This document shows positions 36,722 through 46,896 of a stretch of DNA of 64,000 bases, piece by piece (position 1 is the stretch's first letter; every line of letters begins with the position of its first letter). The translations under genes were made by a program, and so were the position numbers. The DNA comes from Hyaloraphidium curvatum SAG 235-1. Its lineage: Eukaryota > Fungi > Monoblepharomycota. The notes under the pieces are model-generated. The model did no database searches. It was not told the origin of the DNA and saw only the letters and a program-made list of their open reading frames with translations. The DNA is taken from contig JAIVFI010000041.1 in NCBI GenBank assembly GCA_025558095.1, forward strand, positions 62,001 to 126,000, in the 5' to 3' direction.

Positions 36722-38493
36722 GTATGGTATTGGTGACCCGGACCTGCCCCTGGCTTGGCCGCTATTACACCACCATTGGTTTGTTTAGCTGTGTCGACGA
36801 CCTATCTGCCTCCTCCTTCCCTTGAATCCACAGTATGCTCCAGTCCCGGTGTTGTTTGCTGGCAGGAAAACCTTCCCACGAAGGTGAAAAACCTTCCAGA
36901 AAGAATGAGCAGTTTGGTTTCGGTTTGGGTTTTGGGACCTTCCCATCCAGCGGGTACAATGTCAGGCATGCAGCTTCATCTAGGTCCTGAAAAGTTCAGT
37001 GTTGGTTCTGGTCAAAAGGTGCTGGATTCGCCGTGTAGGCGAGCAAAGAGCCGTAGGGCTCCTGCCTCCATTCCCCGTGTGTCTTGGAGTCGCCGTGTAG
37101 GCGAGCAAAGAGCCGTAGGGCTCCTGCCTCCATTCCCCGTGTGTCTTGGAGTCGCCGTGTAGGCGAGCAAAGAGCCGTAGGGCTCCTGCCTCCATTCCCC
37201 GTGTGTCTTGGAGTCGCCGTGTAGGCGAGCAAAGAGCCGTAGGACTCCTGCCTCCATCCCCGTGTGTTTTGGAGTCGCCGTGTAGGCGAGCAAAGAGCCG
37301 TAGGGCTCCTGCCTCCATTCCCCGTGTGTCTTGGAGTCGCCGTGTAGGCGAGCAAAGAGCCGTAGGGCTCCTGCCTCCATTCCCCGTGTGTCTTGGAGTC
37401 GCCGTGTAGGCGAGCAAAGAGCCGTAGGGCTCCTGCCTCCATTCCCTGTGTGTCTTGGAGTCGCCGTGTAGGCGAGCAAAGAGCCGTAGGACTCCTGCCT
37501 CCATCCCCGTGTGTTTTGGAGTCGCCGTGTAGGCGAGCAAAGAGCCGTAGGGCTCCTGCCTCCATTCCCCGTGTGTCTTGGAGTCGCCGTGTAGGCGAGC
37601 AAAGAGCCGTAGGGCTCCTGCCTCCATTCCCCGTGTGTCTTGGAGTCGCCGTGTAGGCGAGCAAAGAGCCGTAGGACTCCTGCCTCCATCCCCGTGTGTT
37701 TTGGAGTCGCCGTGTAGGCGAGCAAAGAGCCGTAGGACTCCTGCCTCCATCCCCGTGCGCTTTGGAGTCGCCGTGCAGGCGAGCAAAGAAGCCGTAGGGC
37801 TCCTGCCTCCATCCCTGTGTTGGCCGCTTACGTGTCCAGAGACCGGAATCCACGGATATGTCGTTGTTTGCGCCGCGGCCCCTCCTTGAAGAGGCGCACC
37901 GGCGGGCAGTCAGCAGCGTTTAGAGCCAATGCGCCGCGCAGCTGCCTGCTCCATTCGCGCCCTTTCGCACCAGAAAGCGCACGCGGTTGGTCGCTTGTTG
38001 TTTGGCGGGGTGCGTCCACGCGAGCGACGCGTCCCATGTTTGACGTGCGCCGCCGTTAAGTGTCATGTTTCTGCGCCCAGAGCCAGAGAGCCACGCGGTC
38101 CTACGGCACGTTTTTCAAGCGGCACACGTGAGGCACACGCTGTCGTAGGCCCGCGGTCGCGTCTTCAGCACGCGACGCGTTGTTTGCCCACTAACAGACG
38201 CGGCGCCCCCCGGAGAAGAGCCTAGCCGCCCTGCAGGGCCAGCGCAAGCCTCTTGAGGCCAATGGGCTCCTCAAGCGCTTTTGCGGCGTCGCCTGCCACG
38301 CTTGGGGCACCGGTTTTGCAGCCGGTCCCGTCTGCGCGTCCCCGGGTGCCCAACCCGCACACCGCGCCGGCGCCGCGCTAGAGGGCAGGAGCCCTAAAGC
38401 ACGACGACCCCAGACACTGCTGCTCCGCTGCTCGCGGCCCAAAGAGCGCGCGCGAGCAGCGGGGTGGGCAGGGGTGTTTGGAATTTGACTACA
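36722..38493 (-). mobile_element. ~1.77 kb non-coding insert in the LINE, ending in the LINE 3' stem-loop (candidate non-autonomous SINE-like element)
   Basis: Separates APE (..SDHMALSKMMEVS) from the downstream LINE frame (..PQADVKRATVKENK); ends at 36727-36775 with GGTG...GGGTCACCAATAC. Confidence 0.6.
37024..37822. repeat. Tandem array of 13 units of 61-62 bp with an AAAB higher-order pattern
   Basis: Unit GGAGTCGCCGTGTAGGCGAGCAAAGAGCCGTAGGGCTCCTGCCTCCATTCCCCGTGTGTCTT; starts at 37024, 37086, 37148, 37210, 37271, 37333, 37395, 37457, 37518, 37580, 37642, 37703, 37764. Confidence 0.97.
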
Positions 38494-39250
38494 CGAGACC
38501 TCCATCATCTTGCTCAGTGCCATATGATCTGAGGTGACCACCCAATCCTCCTTCACAAAGGCGAGCTCGGTGACCATCCTGTAGCGGCTCTGCGGCGCAA
38601 TTGCGTAGTCCAAAGTGCTGTCATGCTCGCCGTCTTTCCCTGCACAGGTTGTTGCCCCTGGTTCGAGGCGGCTGTTCAGGATCACAAGCTCCTCCCCCTG
38701 ACACAACGCAAGCAGCTGTTTTCCCCTCCGATCTGTGCGCTGCTCCGACCGAATTACACGCTTTCCGAAGCTTGTGCCACGCACGTTGCTGTTTGCATCA
38801 CTTATCCCCACGTGGCCGTTCAGGTCTCCGATCACGATCGGCATGTCAGATCCGGTTACGATCCCCGCGAACCTCGTCCACATCTTGTCCTGGCTGATGA
38901 GGATATCCTGCGTTGGCGTCGGTGGTATGTACGCCCCCAGCACGTTCATTCCGCCGACTTGGATCTGCACAATGTTCAGGATCGGGTCCAGATCCGTCCG
39001 CACCGTGTGCGGTAGCTCCTTTCGCACAAAGACTGTCAGTCCTCCTCCACCATGCTCCAAGCAGCTCTTCTCATACACCTCAAACGTCTCCAGCACTGCC
39101 GCAACCTTGCTCTGGATAGTGTTGTTGCTCAGATGCTCCTCCCAGGTACGTTTCTCTCCTTCTCCCATCCACCTTGCCTCGGCAAAAACGACGACATCGT
39201 ACTTTACAATTTGCAGCAAAAGTTCCGGTATAAGTAGGCTTTTCTCGAGC
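38490..39250 (-). CDS. LINE AP-like endonuclease domain
   Basis: DVVVFAE, GGGGLTVFVRK, GAYIPP, IGDLNGH, STLDYAI, SDH. Confidence 0.88.
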
Positions 39251-41177
39251 TTGCGGTGGGATAAAAGGGAGCCACCCTGGAACCTGTTTTGGGGCGTGAC
39301 GCGACACAGCTTGGTGCCATGGACGGAAAGGCTCAGACAAGCGGGCGCCAAGAAAGATCCCGCGCCGCGCGGGTGCATGCGGGTGCAGGGCTTTGGTACG
39401 GTGTGTCACTGTTCCTGAACGACGTGCCTTTGTGCGAGGCATGGGCTTGCGGAGGCGATGCTGCAGGTTAATTGGCAAGAGGGTGCTTGGAGAGGTCTGC
39501 CGAGATCGAGGCACTGAAGGGGTCCTGGAACTGGGCTGCCTTCCTGAGGGAACTACTTGTATACTATGGCGGCGAAGATGGGAGGGAGATGTGGGAGAAG
39601 GACACTTTCTCATGGCCCAAGGAGACTGTGGAGAATCTTGTGAAGGGCAAGTTCAGGGAGATCAATGCCCAGAGGCTCAAGGACAACGACAAACTGCACT
39701 TTTGGAGGATGTGTGACATGACCTTTGGCCACATCGGACCATCCCTGATCCGGGTGGAGAAGCACCGGAGGAATGTCCAAAAGTTGTTGTGCTCTACCCA
39801 CGACCTGGAGGTGGAGACAGGCAGGCACCAAGGACTTGAGGTGCAGCAGAGAACGTGCAAGCATGACCCTGAGCACATTGGAGACGAACAGCACTTTCTG
39901 TTTCACTGTTCAGCAAATGCGGAGCGGCGCCAGAAGCTGCAGACTAGATTGGAAGCAGTAGGCCGCGAGTGGATGGAGACCTGGCTCTGGGCTCTTAGCA
40001 TCAAGGAGTTCGTTCGAGCCCACGATCAAAGCGAGGCGGCAGAAGGAGAAGGCCCTCAACTCCATTGCCAGCTTCATCTCAAAGTCCATGAAGGACAGGT
40101 AAACTGGGAAAAAGAAAAAGAGACACGACGACGATGAACTTTGCAATTAGCAGCAAACTCATGGTGTAACAGCGGCCAAGCCAGGGGCAGGTCCGGGTCA
40201 CCAATACTATTCTGTTCTATTCTATTCTATTCACGTCCTCAACTGTGTGCCAACCACCAAATCATGGAGAAAGAACGCCGTTCCTTTGACTTTGTGGAGT
40301 GGAGAAATTACAAAAGTCGAAGACTTCTATACATTCGGAATGGAATGCTGGGCCCAAGTGCGAGACAGAGAACTCACTACCTTGGCACCATGTGCTGCGC
40401 GAGCAATCTACTTGGGGAGAGCTCCAAAACACAAAAGGGCATGCACATGGTTCGTTTGATTGATTCAGGAAAAGTCATAGCGGTCCGAACCATAGTGCCA
40501 AATGAGCGGACCCTTTCCTAACATTCCTTACACCCACTTCCTCGCAAGGAAGCTGTCGACAGCACGGCAAGGCCGCCTCTTTCAACGTTCAATCTACTTG
40601 ATGTCATCCAAACGGATGATCTAGTGCCTCAGGAGGAGGAACAAGAGCCACTAGATCTTCATCAGCAGCAAGACCTGCAAAATCTTCCACAGCTTGAGCA
40701 GCAAGAACAGCAAGAGCAGAATGGACAGCACCATGGTCATCGTGGTCATCGTCCTGTGTGTCATTCCTCTCGGGCACAGCAGCCTCCCCGGGAATAGAAT
40801 AGAAGAAGAATAGTATTGGTGACCCGGACCTGCCCCTGGCTTGGCCGCTGTTACACCATGAGTTTGCTGCTAATTGCAAAGTTAGGAATGGTGGAAAGCC
40901 CCACAACTGCAAGCTACAATCAGGGCAGGAATCCATGGACTAGTGCACACGGACTTTACAGTTTATTTGGGAGCCAAGGAGGTTTTGGAATGCCAATGCA
41001 CGTGATTGATGGGCTTCGAATCCCAAGCAAGATCAATTGCGAGGCAAAGCTTTTGCCAGAATGGGAAAAGTGGAATTAGGCTTTTAAAATGGAGGATGGT
41101 GCTTTCAATGACAAAGAAGTCTGGGAAGAGGTTGAAAGACCCCGTGGCAAGGAGGACTGAATTCTCAAATCCCACTA

Positions 41178-43811
41178 CAGTCCGGTGCGGGGTACTTGAG
41201 CGGCAAACTTCCAAACACAACTTCGTCTCGTTCCCCACACACCAATTACATCGTTTTCGCCTAGAAAATCTACAGAGACGCGTCCAATAGAGCCGCCTGC
41301 ACGGCAGTGGGGCTGGGGTTTCGCCCGGCTTGGATTTCGGCCCAGGCGTCGGCGTTCATTGCCAGCGCTAGAGCGACCTCCGCGTCAAACTCCTCGTCCA
41401 GCGCTTCCTGGACCGTCACAGCCAATCCGTCGCTTTCATCTTCATCGTCCTCGTCGGGAATGGGCTGGACGGCGTCCCCAGAATCGTCCGCATCGCTCTC
41501 GAGCTCGTTGTCGACGACCATCTCTGCGGTCCGAAAAGAGCGACTGCGAGGCTCCGGCGGCACCAGAGCTGCCTCCTCCTCATCGTCATCGTCAATGTGA
41601 ATGACCATGGTTGCATCCTGGCGGCGGTACTCGTCCTCTTCCTTCTCAGCATGAATGACGAGCCTCTCCCATGAGGCAGCATCCACCAGCGCAAACCCCT
41701 CCTCCAGAAGGACCTTGACGTCGGCAAACTTGCGCGACTCGTTGTTCTCAGCAACGCGGTTCTTTGCGCGGGCCCACGCAAGCTCGATGGGGTTCAGTTT
41801 GGGGTGGTACGGGGGAAGGAAGTGGAGGTAGATGTCGAACTCGAGTGCCAGCTTGTCAATGAAGCGTTCCGGCTGGTATCCGAGCTCCTGCAGCAGCTTG
41901 CGAAGGTCCTTGACGGTAAAGCCGCCTCCAGTCTTCGTTTTGCGCGCCGTGAGCTGCTCCATTGTGTACGGAGTCGTGCCCATGTCCATGATGGCCTTGG
42001 CGAGATCTGCCTTCTTGGTCAGCTGCGAGATCCGTTTCTGACCCTCCACAGGTGCAATGTGGTACGCAGCATTGTCCATGTGTACGTGGATCTCGCCCTC
42101 CGGGTCCTTTTCGCGCATCTTCCGAAATGCACCCCGAGCCCACTCTTCAAAGTGCCTCGCATTCATGGATCCGTGGTAATCCGCCAGCTTATGATCGCCC
42201 TGGAACACTTTGGGAGGCTCGAGCCATCCGTATCTCGATCCACAGCCGATGATGCACCACCGCTTTCCGTACCCGTCCGGGTGGGGAACCTCATCGCCGG
42301 GACGATACCAGGTAAAGTTGCTGACGTGATTTTGATGGACGTACGATTCATCGAGCCAGTACTGGGGTGAAGAGTCAGCGGGAGCTCAGAACAGCAGCGA
42401 GGGAGGGACTTACCGAGACGACTTTCTTGTCGGGCTCCTTCTCCGCTTTGCGAATCCGGTACCGCTCTCGCAGGTACTCATACCGCCGCACATGGATGTT
42501 TGGAGTCATGACAACGATCTTGTGGCCTCCAATCTCCTTGTATCCGAAGCCCAGGCGCTTGCAGAGGGCACGCACGTATCGAAGACTGAAGAATCGGTTG
42601 AATTCCCGCACCATTTCCTTCTGTAGCTTCTTGGTACGGACACGGCACATTGCCCTGTGCTGTTTGCTGACGTAGTCGATGACAAATGCGTTCCATTCCG
42701 TCGTCGTGTTGAAGGTTCGATCAGATCTGCGGTCCGCCCACAAGGCCACCTTGCCGCTCCTTTCAAACTCGTTGTACAGCTGCCTGATGGTCCCTTCCGA
42801 GGCCCCAACCATCTGCGCAACCTTTTTGACTGGATCACCGACTCCCATGGCCTTCTGGTGGTATAGAATCCGGAGGTATGCTTTCCGGAGGTCGTATGAC
42901 AGCGGTTCTCCGGGCTTCCTGTTTAGCACTTCGGGGATGCCGAGCATTCTGATATTCTCCTCGACGGTCAGAAGCCTCCCGAACCTGAGAAGACCGGGGT
43001 ACAGCTCAGGACAGTAGTTCTTCGCGTGGCCTTTGCCCTGGCACTGTCTGCACCTCTGCCGCTTTGGGCACGTCGTGATGTAATGTCCTTTCTCCTTACA
43101 GTGGGTGCACAGACGCTCTCCAGAGCCAGAAACGTCCTTGTAGCCGTCCACATTGAGCTGGGATGCCGCACGTCGCGTCCCGCGGCCCTCGGCCTCGTTC
43201 TCCCCGCCGGGGGTGTTCTCCGCGGCTCGAGCGCGCCGCTGCTCAACAAAAGCTGCTCCATCTTCCAGTGCAAGCCCATCAGCGGTCTTGCGCCGTTTCG
43301 TGACCGGTGATTGGCGGAGGGCGGTCATGGTGCTCGTCGAGGTGTCCCCCAGGGAGAACCTTCCGCGGCCATCCCGACCACGGCCGACACCGGCGACCAT
43401 GCCAAAGAGCACCACGAAGACGGCCAAAACGATCCCGCCGGCCACGGCGGCAGCTATCCAGCCGCGACCTTCGGCCATCGCGGTGGTGGAGTGCCTCCAA
43501 TTGCGGCCGATTTGGGGCCGGGCACGCGTGAGCGAAGGCCCGGGACCCCACGGGTTAGACTATTTGTTAGGAGAACTGGATCCTGGCCGATTTTCAGGCC
43601 TTAGCTGTGGTTAAATTTCTTTAACCCCGAATCTAACTTCAACTTGGCGCCCCACGCCGAAACGCTTCCCACCACAGATAAGGGCCAAAAATCCCGGAAA
43701 AGCAGGGCGCTGCCTACATCTTGTAGCTCACGAAACGGCAAATCCATAGCATTAGAATTGTGTGTGGGGTGGCGAGTTGAAGCTCCCGCTCATCTTTGTA
43801 ATTCAGTACTG
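41178..43811 (-). mobile_element. IS630/Tc1/mariner-superfamily DNA transposon (Sailor/DD82E-like), 2634 bp, TA target-site duplication
   Basis: Filled site CCAC-TA-[CAGT...ACTG]-TA-CGTG versus empty CCAC-TA-CGTG in the other arm (TA at 32916-32917); ends share CAGT and TGAGCGG at positions 20-26. Confidence 0.93.
41270..43478 (-). CDS. Transposase, 718 aa from the first ATG, one phase-0 intron (42362-42413); two CCHC knuckles, HTH, DD96E
   Basis: CTHCKEKGHYITTC and CRQCQGKGHAKNYC; VAQMVGASEGTIRQLY; WLDESY, DYHGSMN, MDNAAYH, LPPYHPKLNPIE; GTAAGT..CTGAC..CCCAG intron joins the ORFs in frame. Confidence 0.92.
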
Positions 43812-46353
43812 TACGTGTTCGACCTCAAACTCAACCAGACCTCACCAAACGGTACCGGTTCAAGGCACGTCACGTGGTTGATGGCAACACAACCGCCAGG
43901 CTCCTGGGACCTACGGGGAGACTTTTGCAGCCATGCCAACCCATGCAGCCTTCAGATCACAGTGTACCATAGCTGCACACATGGACTGGCCCCTTTACCA
44001 TTTGGACATCAAGAACGCGTTCTTGAATTCCCATGCAGAAGAGGAGGACCTCTACGTTGAGATACACGAGACTTACCAATAATAGCAAAGGACGGACTTG
44101 TCTCTCAAGGACCCCGTTCTCAAACTGAAGCGCGGGGGGTCTATGGCCTCAAACAGGCAGCCAACCTGTATCAGCGTGAGCTGAAGCGCAACATGAAGGA
44201 GGACGGCTTTCACAACTGCAAAACGGACCCCAACATGTACGCACGCATCAGCAAGGGCGAGTCAGGAGAGATTGCAATCCTTCTTGTGACCATGGACGGA
44301 TGTGTGTAGCACGGGACACCCAAGGAGTTCGAGCCCACAATCAAAGCGAGGCGGCAGAAGGAGAAGGCCCTCAACTCCATTGCCAGCTTCATCTCAAAGT
44401 CCATGAAGGAAAGGAAAACTGGGAAAATGAAAAAGACACACGACGACGATGAACTTTGCAATTAGCAGCAAACTCCATGGTGTAACAGCGGCCAAGCCAG
44501 GGGCAGGTCCGGGTCACCAATACTATTCTATTTCTATCTACCCACCAGAATTCGTCAGAGAGTGCATTGCATTGATTGAGGACCGGATATTTATCACGCT
44601 TTCTTGGTGAAGTGCAGCTCTACGACGGTGTGGAAGTCATCCGTGGCAGACCCAACAAAAGAATCATCTTGAGGCAAACAGTCTTTGCAGAGAGGATTCT
44701 GGAGAAGTACATTACCAACACCACGCAAGCAGTGCAGTTTGCTGCCGGCGATCTCACCTAGAACCAGAAGTTTGCCACTCCCATTTCTTTGAAGGATGCT
44801 CCGTCACCATTGCTCCCTTCCGAGGGATTTAGGAAGCCAGACATTGCAGATCCGGAGGTCATGGCATCGTTCAACTATGCTACTCTGGATGCATTGGCTT
44901 CTTGCTTTTCCTAGCTCTTTGCACCAGGCCTGACATGGCATATGCTGTCATCTACCTCAGCAGGTACCTGCAGAACTATGGAAAGGAGCACATTGCGGCT
45001 CTCAAGAGAATCCTGCGCTACATACTTGAGTCAGACCCGGGCATTTGGACTCGTGATTGATGGCAACAAACCATTGGTGCTGGAAGCTTTTGCAGATGCG
45101 GGTTTTGCAGGTGATCTGGACACTGCCAGATCCATGCCACCACAGACGTTGTCATCATGGCATGTGGAGCTCCGCTCTCCTTCAAGTCAAAACTCCAAAG
45201 CCTTGTGGCTCAATCCACTACCAAAGCAGAGTACATTGCCCTGGCACAAGCCACGAGAGATGTGATGTACTTGCGCACCCCTTTTGAAGACTGGGGTTTC
45301 CGATGCCAGGCCCCACCATCATCCACGAAGACAATGCTTCGGCACAGGACTTGGTTTACAATCCTGCCTGTTCACCATGAGCACACCAAACACATTGCAA
45401 TTCGATACCATTTGACTCGACAACAACAGGAACTTCGAACAATCTTGGTTCAGGACATTGAATCCGGAAAACAACTTGCGGACATCATGACAAAGGCTCA
45501 GCCGAAAGAGCAAACAGATCTGGGAGTTCTGGATACCACCATGTTCTTGCCGCAGGGGGAGTATGCACGGGGATGAACGGACTGCACTATAGAGTGTTGT
45601 GCCTGTGCAAAACCGCGGCGCTCTGGACAAAGACAACAGCAGCAGTGGATTTGGTCAGGTTTGCCACGCTGCTTGGTGCTCAAACCTCTAAAGAGGTTGG
45701 GGGGAGGAGTTGGTCCCGCTTCGGGGGGAGTGTTGTGACGAGGTTGTTAGGCTGGCAGCAACTTAGAGAAGCGGCCCCAACTCCAATCACAACGTGACGG
45801 AATTCCCCACACACAGGGGTCACGCATCCTTCCGTCCACTCCGGCTGGAGGCCGGACCAGTTGTCCATTACAACACTGTACAGTGGCCATGCCAGGAGCT
45901 GAAGAGGGTCGACAGCTTCAAGCTTCTGGGGTACCAGCTCACATCAACCGGACTAAACCCGGACGGAGCAAGGATCACGTGCATGGCATATGCGTGCATG
46001 GCAGGGAGGCAAAGATGAACGCTGCCTACGGACTCTGGCTCAGCAACATCAGGGAGCAGCCTGGGATGAGTCCTGACCTCTAGCTCAAGGCAGCCAATAA
46101 GCACTGACATATGCAGACAGATAAAATTCAGCTGGACCTTGATATCCTTCACCAACTTTGCGATCAAGTTGTGCTGCATCTGCAAAGGACAGAGTCAGCA
46201 AGCAGGCTGACAATCCTCCCCTGCTGCTCTACCTGCTCATCACCGTGCCCAGCCGTGGGCCATGATCGGGACGTGATGGCCACAAAGGCCTGGGTCCTGG
46301 CAGGCAATGATTTCCAGTGCTTTGCAGTGTAATGGCGCATGCAAAACAGATCA

Positions 46354-46861
46354 TCACATCTCGGCGGCACCTTGGGCCTCCTGCTCCCGGCGCCCCTTTT
46401 CGCTCTCCAGCACCTTGTAAATCAGCTCCAATGCCTTGGTGTTGGCCGCAGCGGTTCCCGAGATCGTGAAAAGGCGCTCACGTGCGCTCCCCACAGGCTC
46501 TCGCGAGATGGTAATGCGTGCCTGTGACTCACGCCTGATGCCGGCAATCTGGACCCCACCTAAAGCAACGTGTGAGAATCGGCTATGCTGGCACAGCGAT
46601 CCGCGCACCCCGTCCTATGATGCAGCCCACGAGATCGCTAGGAACAGTGAGGGTCTGCACCTGCTCATCGGCGTCCACATCGACCTCCGATGCCTTCCCC
46701 CCCTGTGAGCGAGACTGCTGGCCCTCGTTGGCAGCCCGCCGGTCCCGGTCCGCATAGTCACTCCTGCGGCGACCTTCGTTGCCGGCTTGCCCACCGCTGA
46801 CGCCCCCTGAGTCACGACATTCCGTCCGGCCTTTGCCAGGCAAAGATGCGCAGCTACCCAG
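46354..46861 (-). pseudogene. Inverted duplicate of the last ~500 bp of the KH-domain gene
   Basis: Reverse complement of 29872-30379, including an intron; CpG transitions at the distal end. Confidence 0.93.
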
Positions 46862-46896
46862 GAGGTAAAGGACAATAAGCCTGTTAGTTCCCTACG

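Larger units (their letters stand above)
33870..39378 (-). mobile_element. Non-LTR retrotransposon (APE-RT-zinc finger; RTE/RTEX- or CR1-group-like), frameshifted and interrupted
   Basis: APE domain at ~38490-39250, RT ORF 34458-36359, C-terminal HDLEVETGRH..C..DEQHFLFHC, 3' stem-loop plus (TTCTA)n tail; frameshifts near 36450, 36350 and 34501; no ORF1 visible. Confidence 0.92.
40232..45875 (+). mobile_element. Mirror copy of the copia remnant; 3' LTR at 45731-45875
   Basis: Same motifs as the left copy; PPT at 45720-45730 then TGTTGTGA...CATTACAACA. Confidence 0.9.
39503..46861. repeat. Right arm of the giant inverted repeat, interrupted by the DNA transposon at 41178-43811
   Basis: Reverse complement of 29872-34597 once the transposon and one TA are removed. 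Confidence 0.97.

Noticed and set aside
36922-36936. Interstitial telomeric repeat (GTTTGGTTTCGGTTTGGGTTTTGGG region)
   Set aside because: Too short and irregular
37024-37822. CRISPR array
   Set aside because: Units are head-to-tail near-identical with no unique spacers; no cas genes; eukaryotic context
36980-37889. Long repetitive ORFs in several frames
   Set aside because: By-product of a 61/62-bp repeat lacking stops on one strand; frames rotate between units
41178-43811. Fanzor/TnpB cargo in the IS630/Tc1-type element
   Set aside because: The transposase gene fills almost the whole element; no RuvC motifs or second ORF seen
29872-46861. Pure assembly artefact explanation for the inverted repeat
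   Set aside because: Arms differ by substitutions, indels, CpG transitions and a clean TA-flanked insertion; this argues against an artefact, though long reads are still needed
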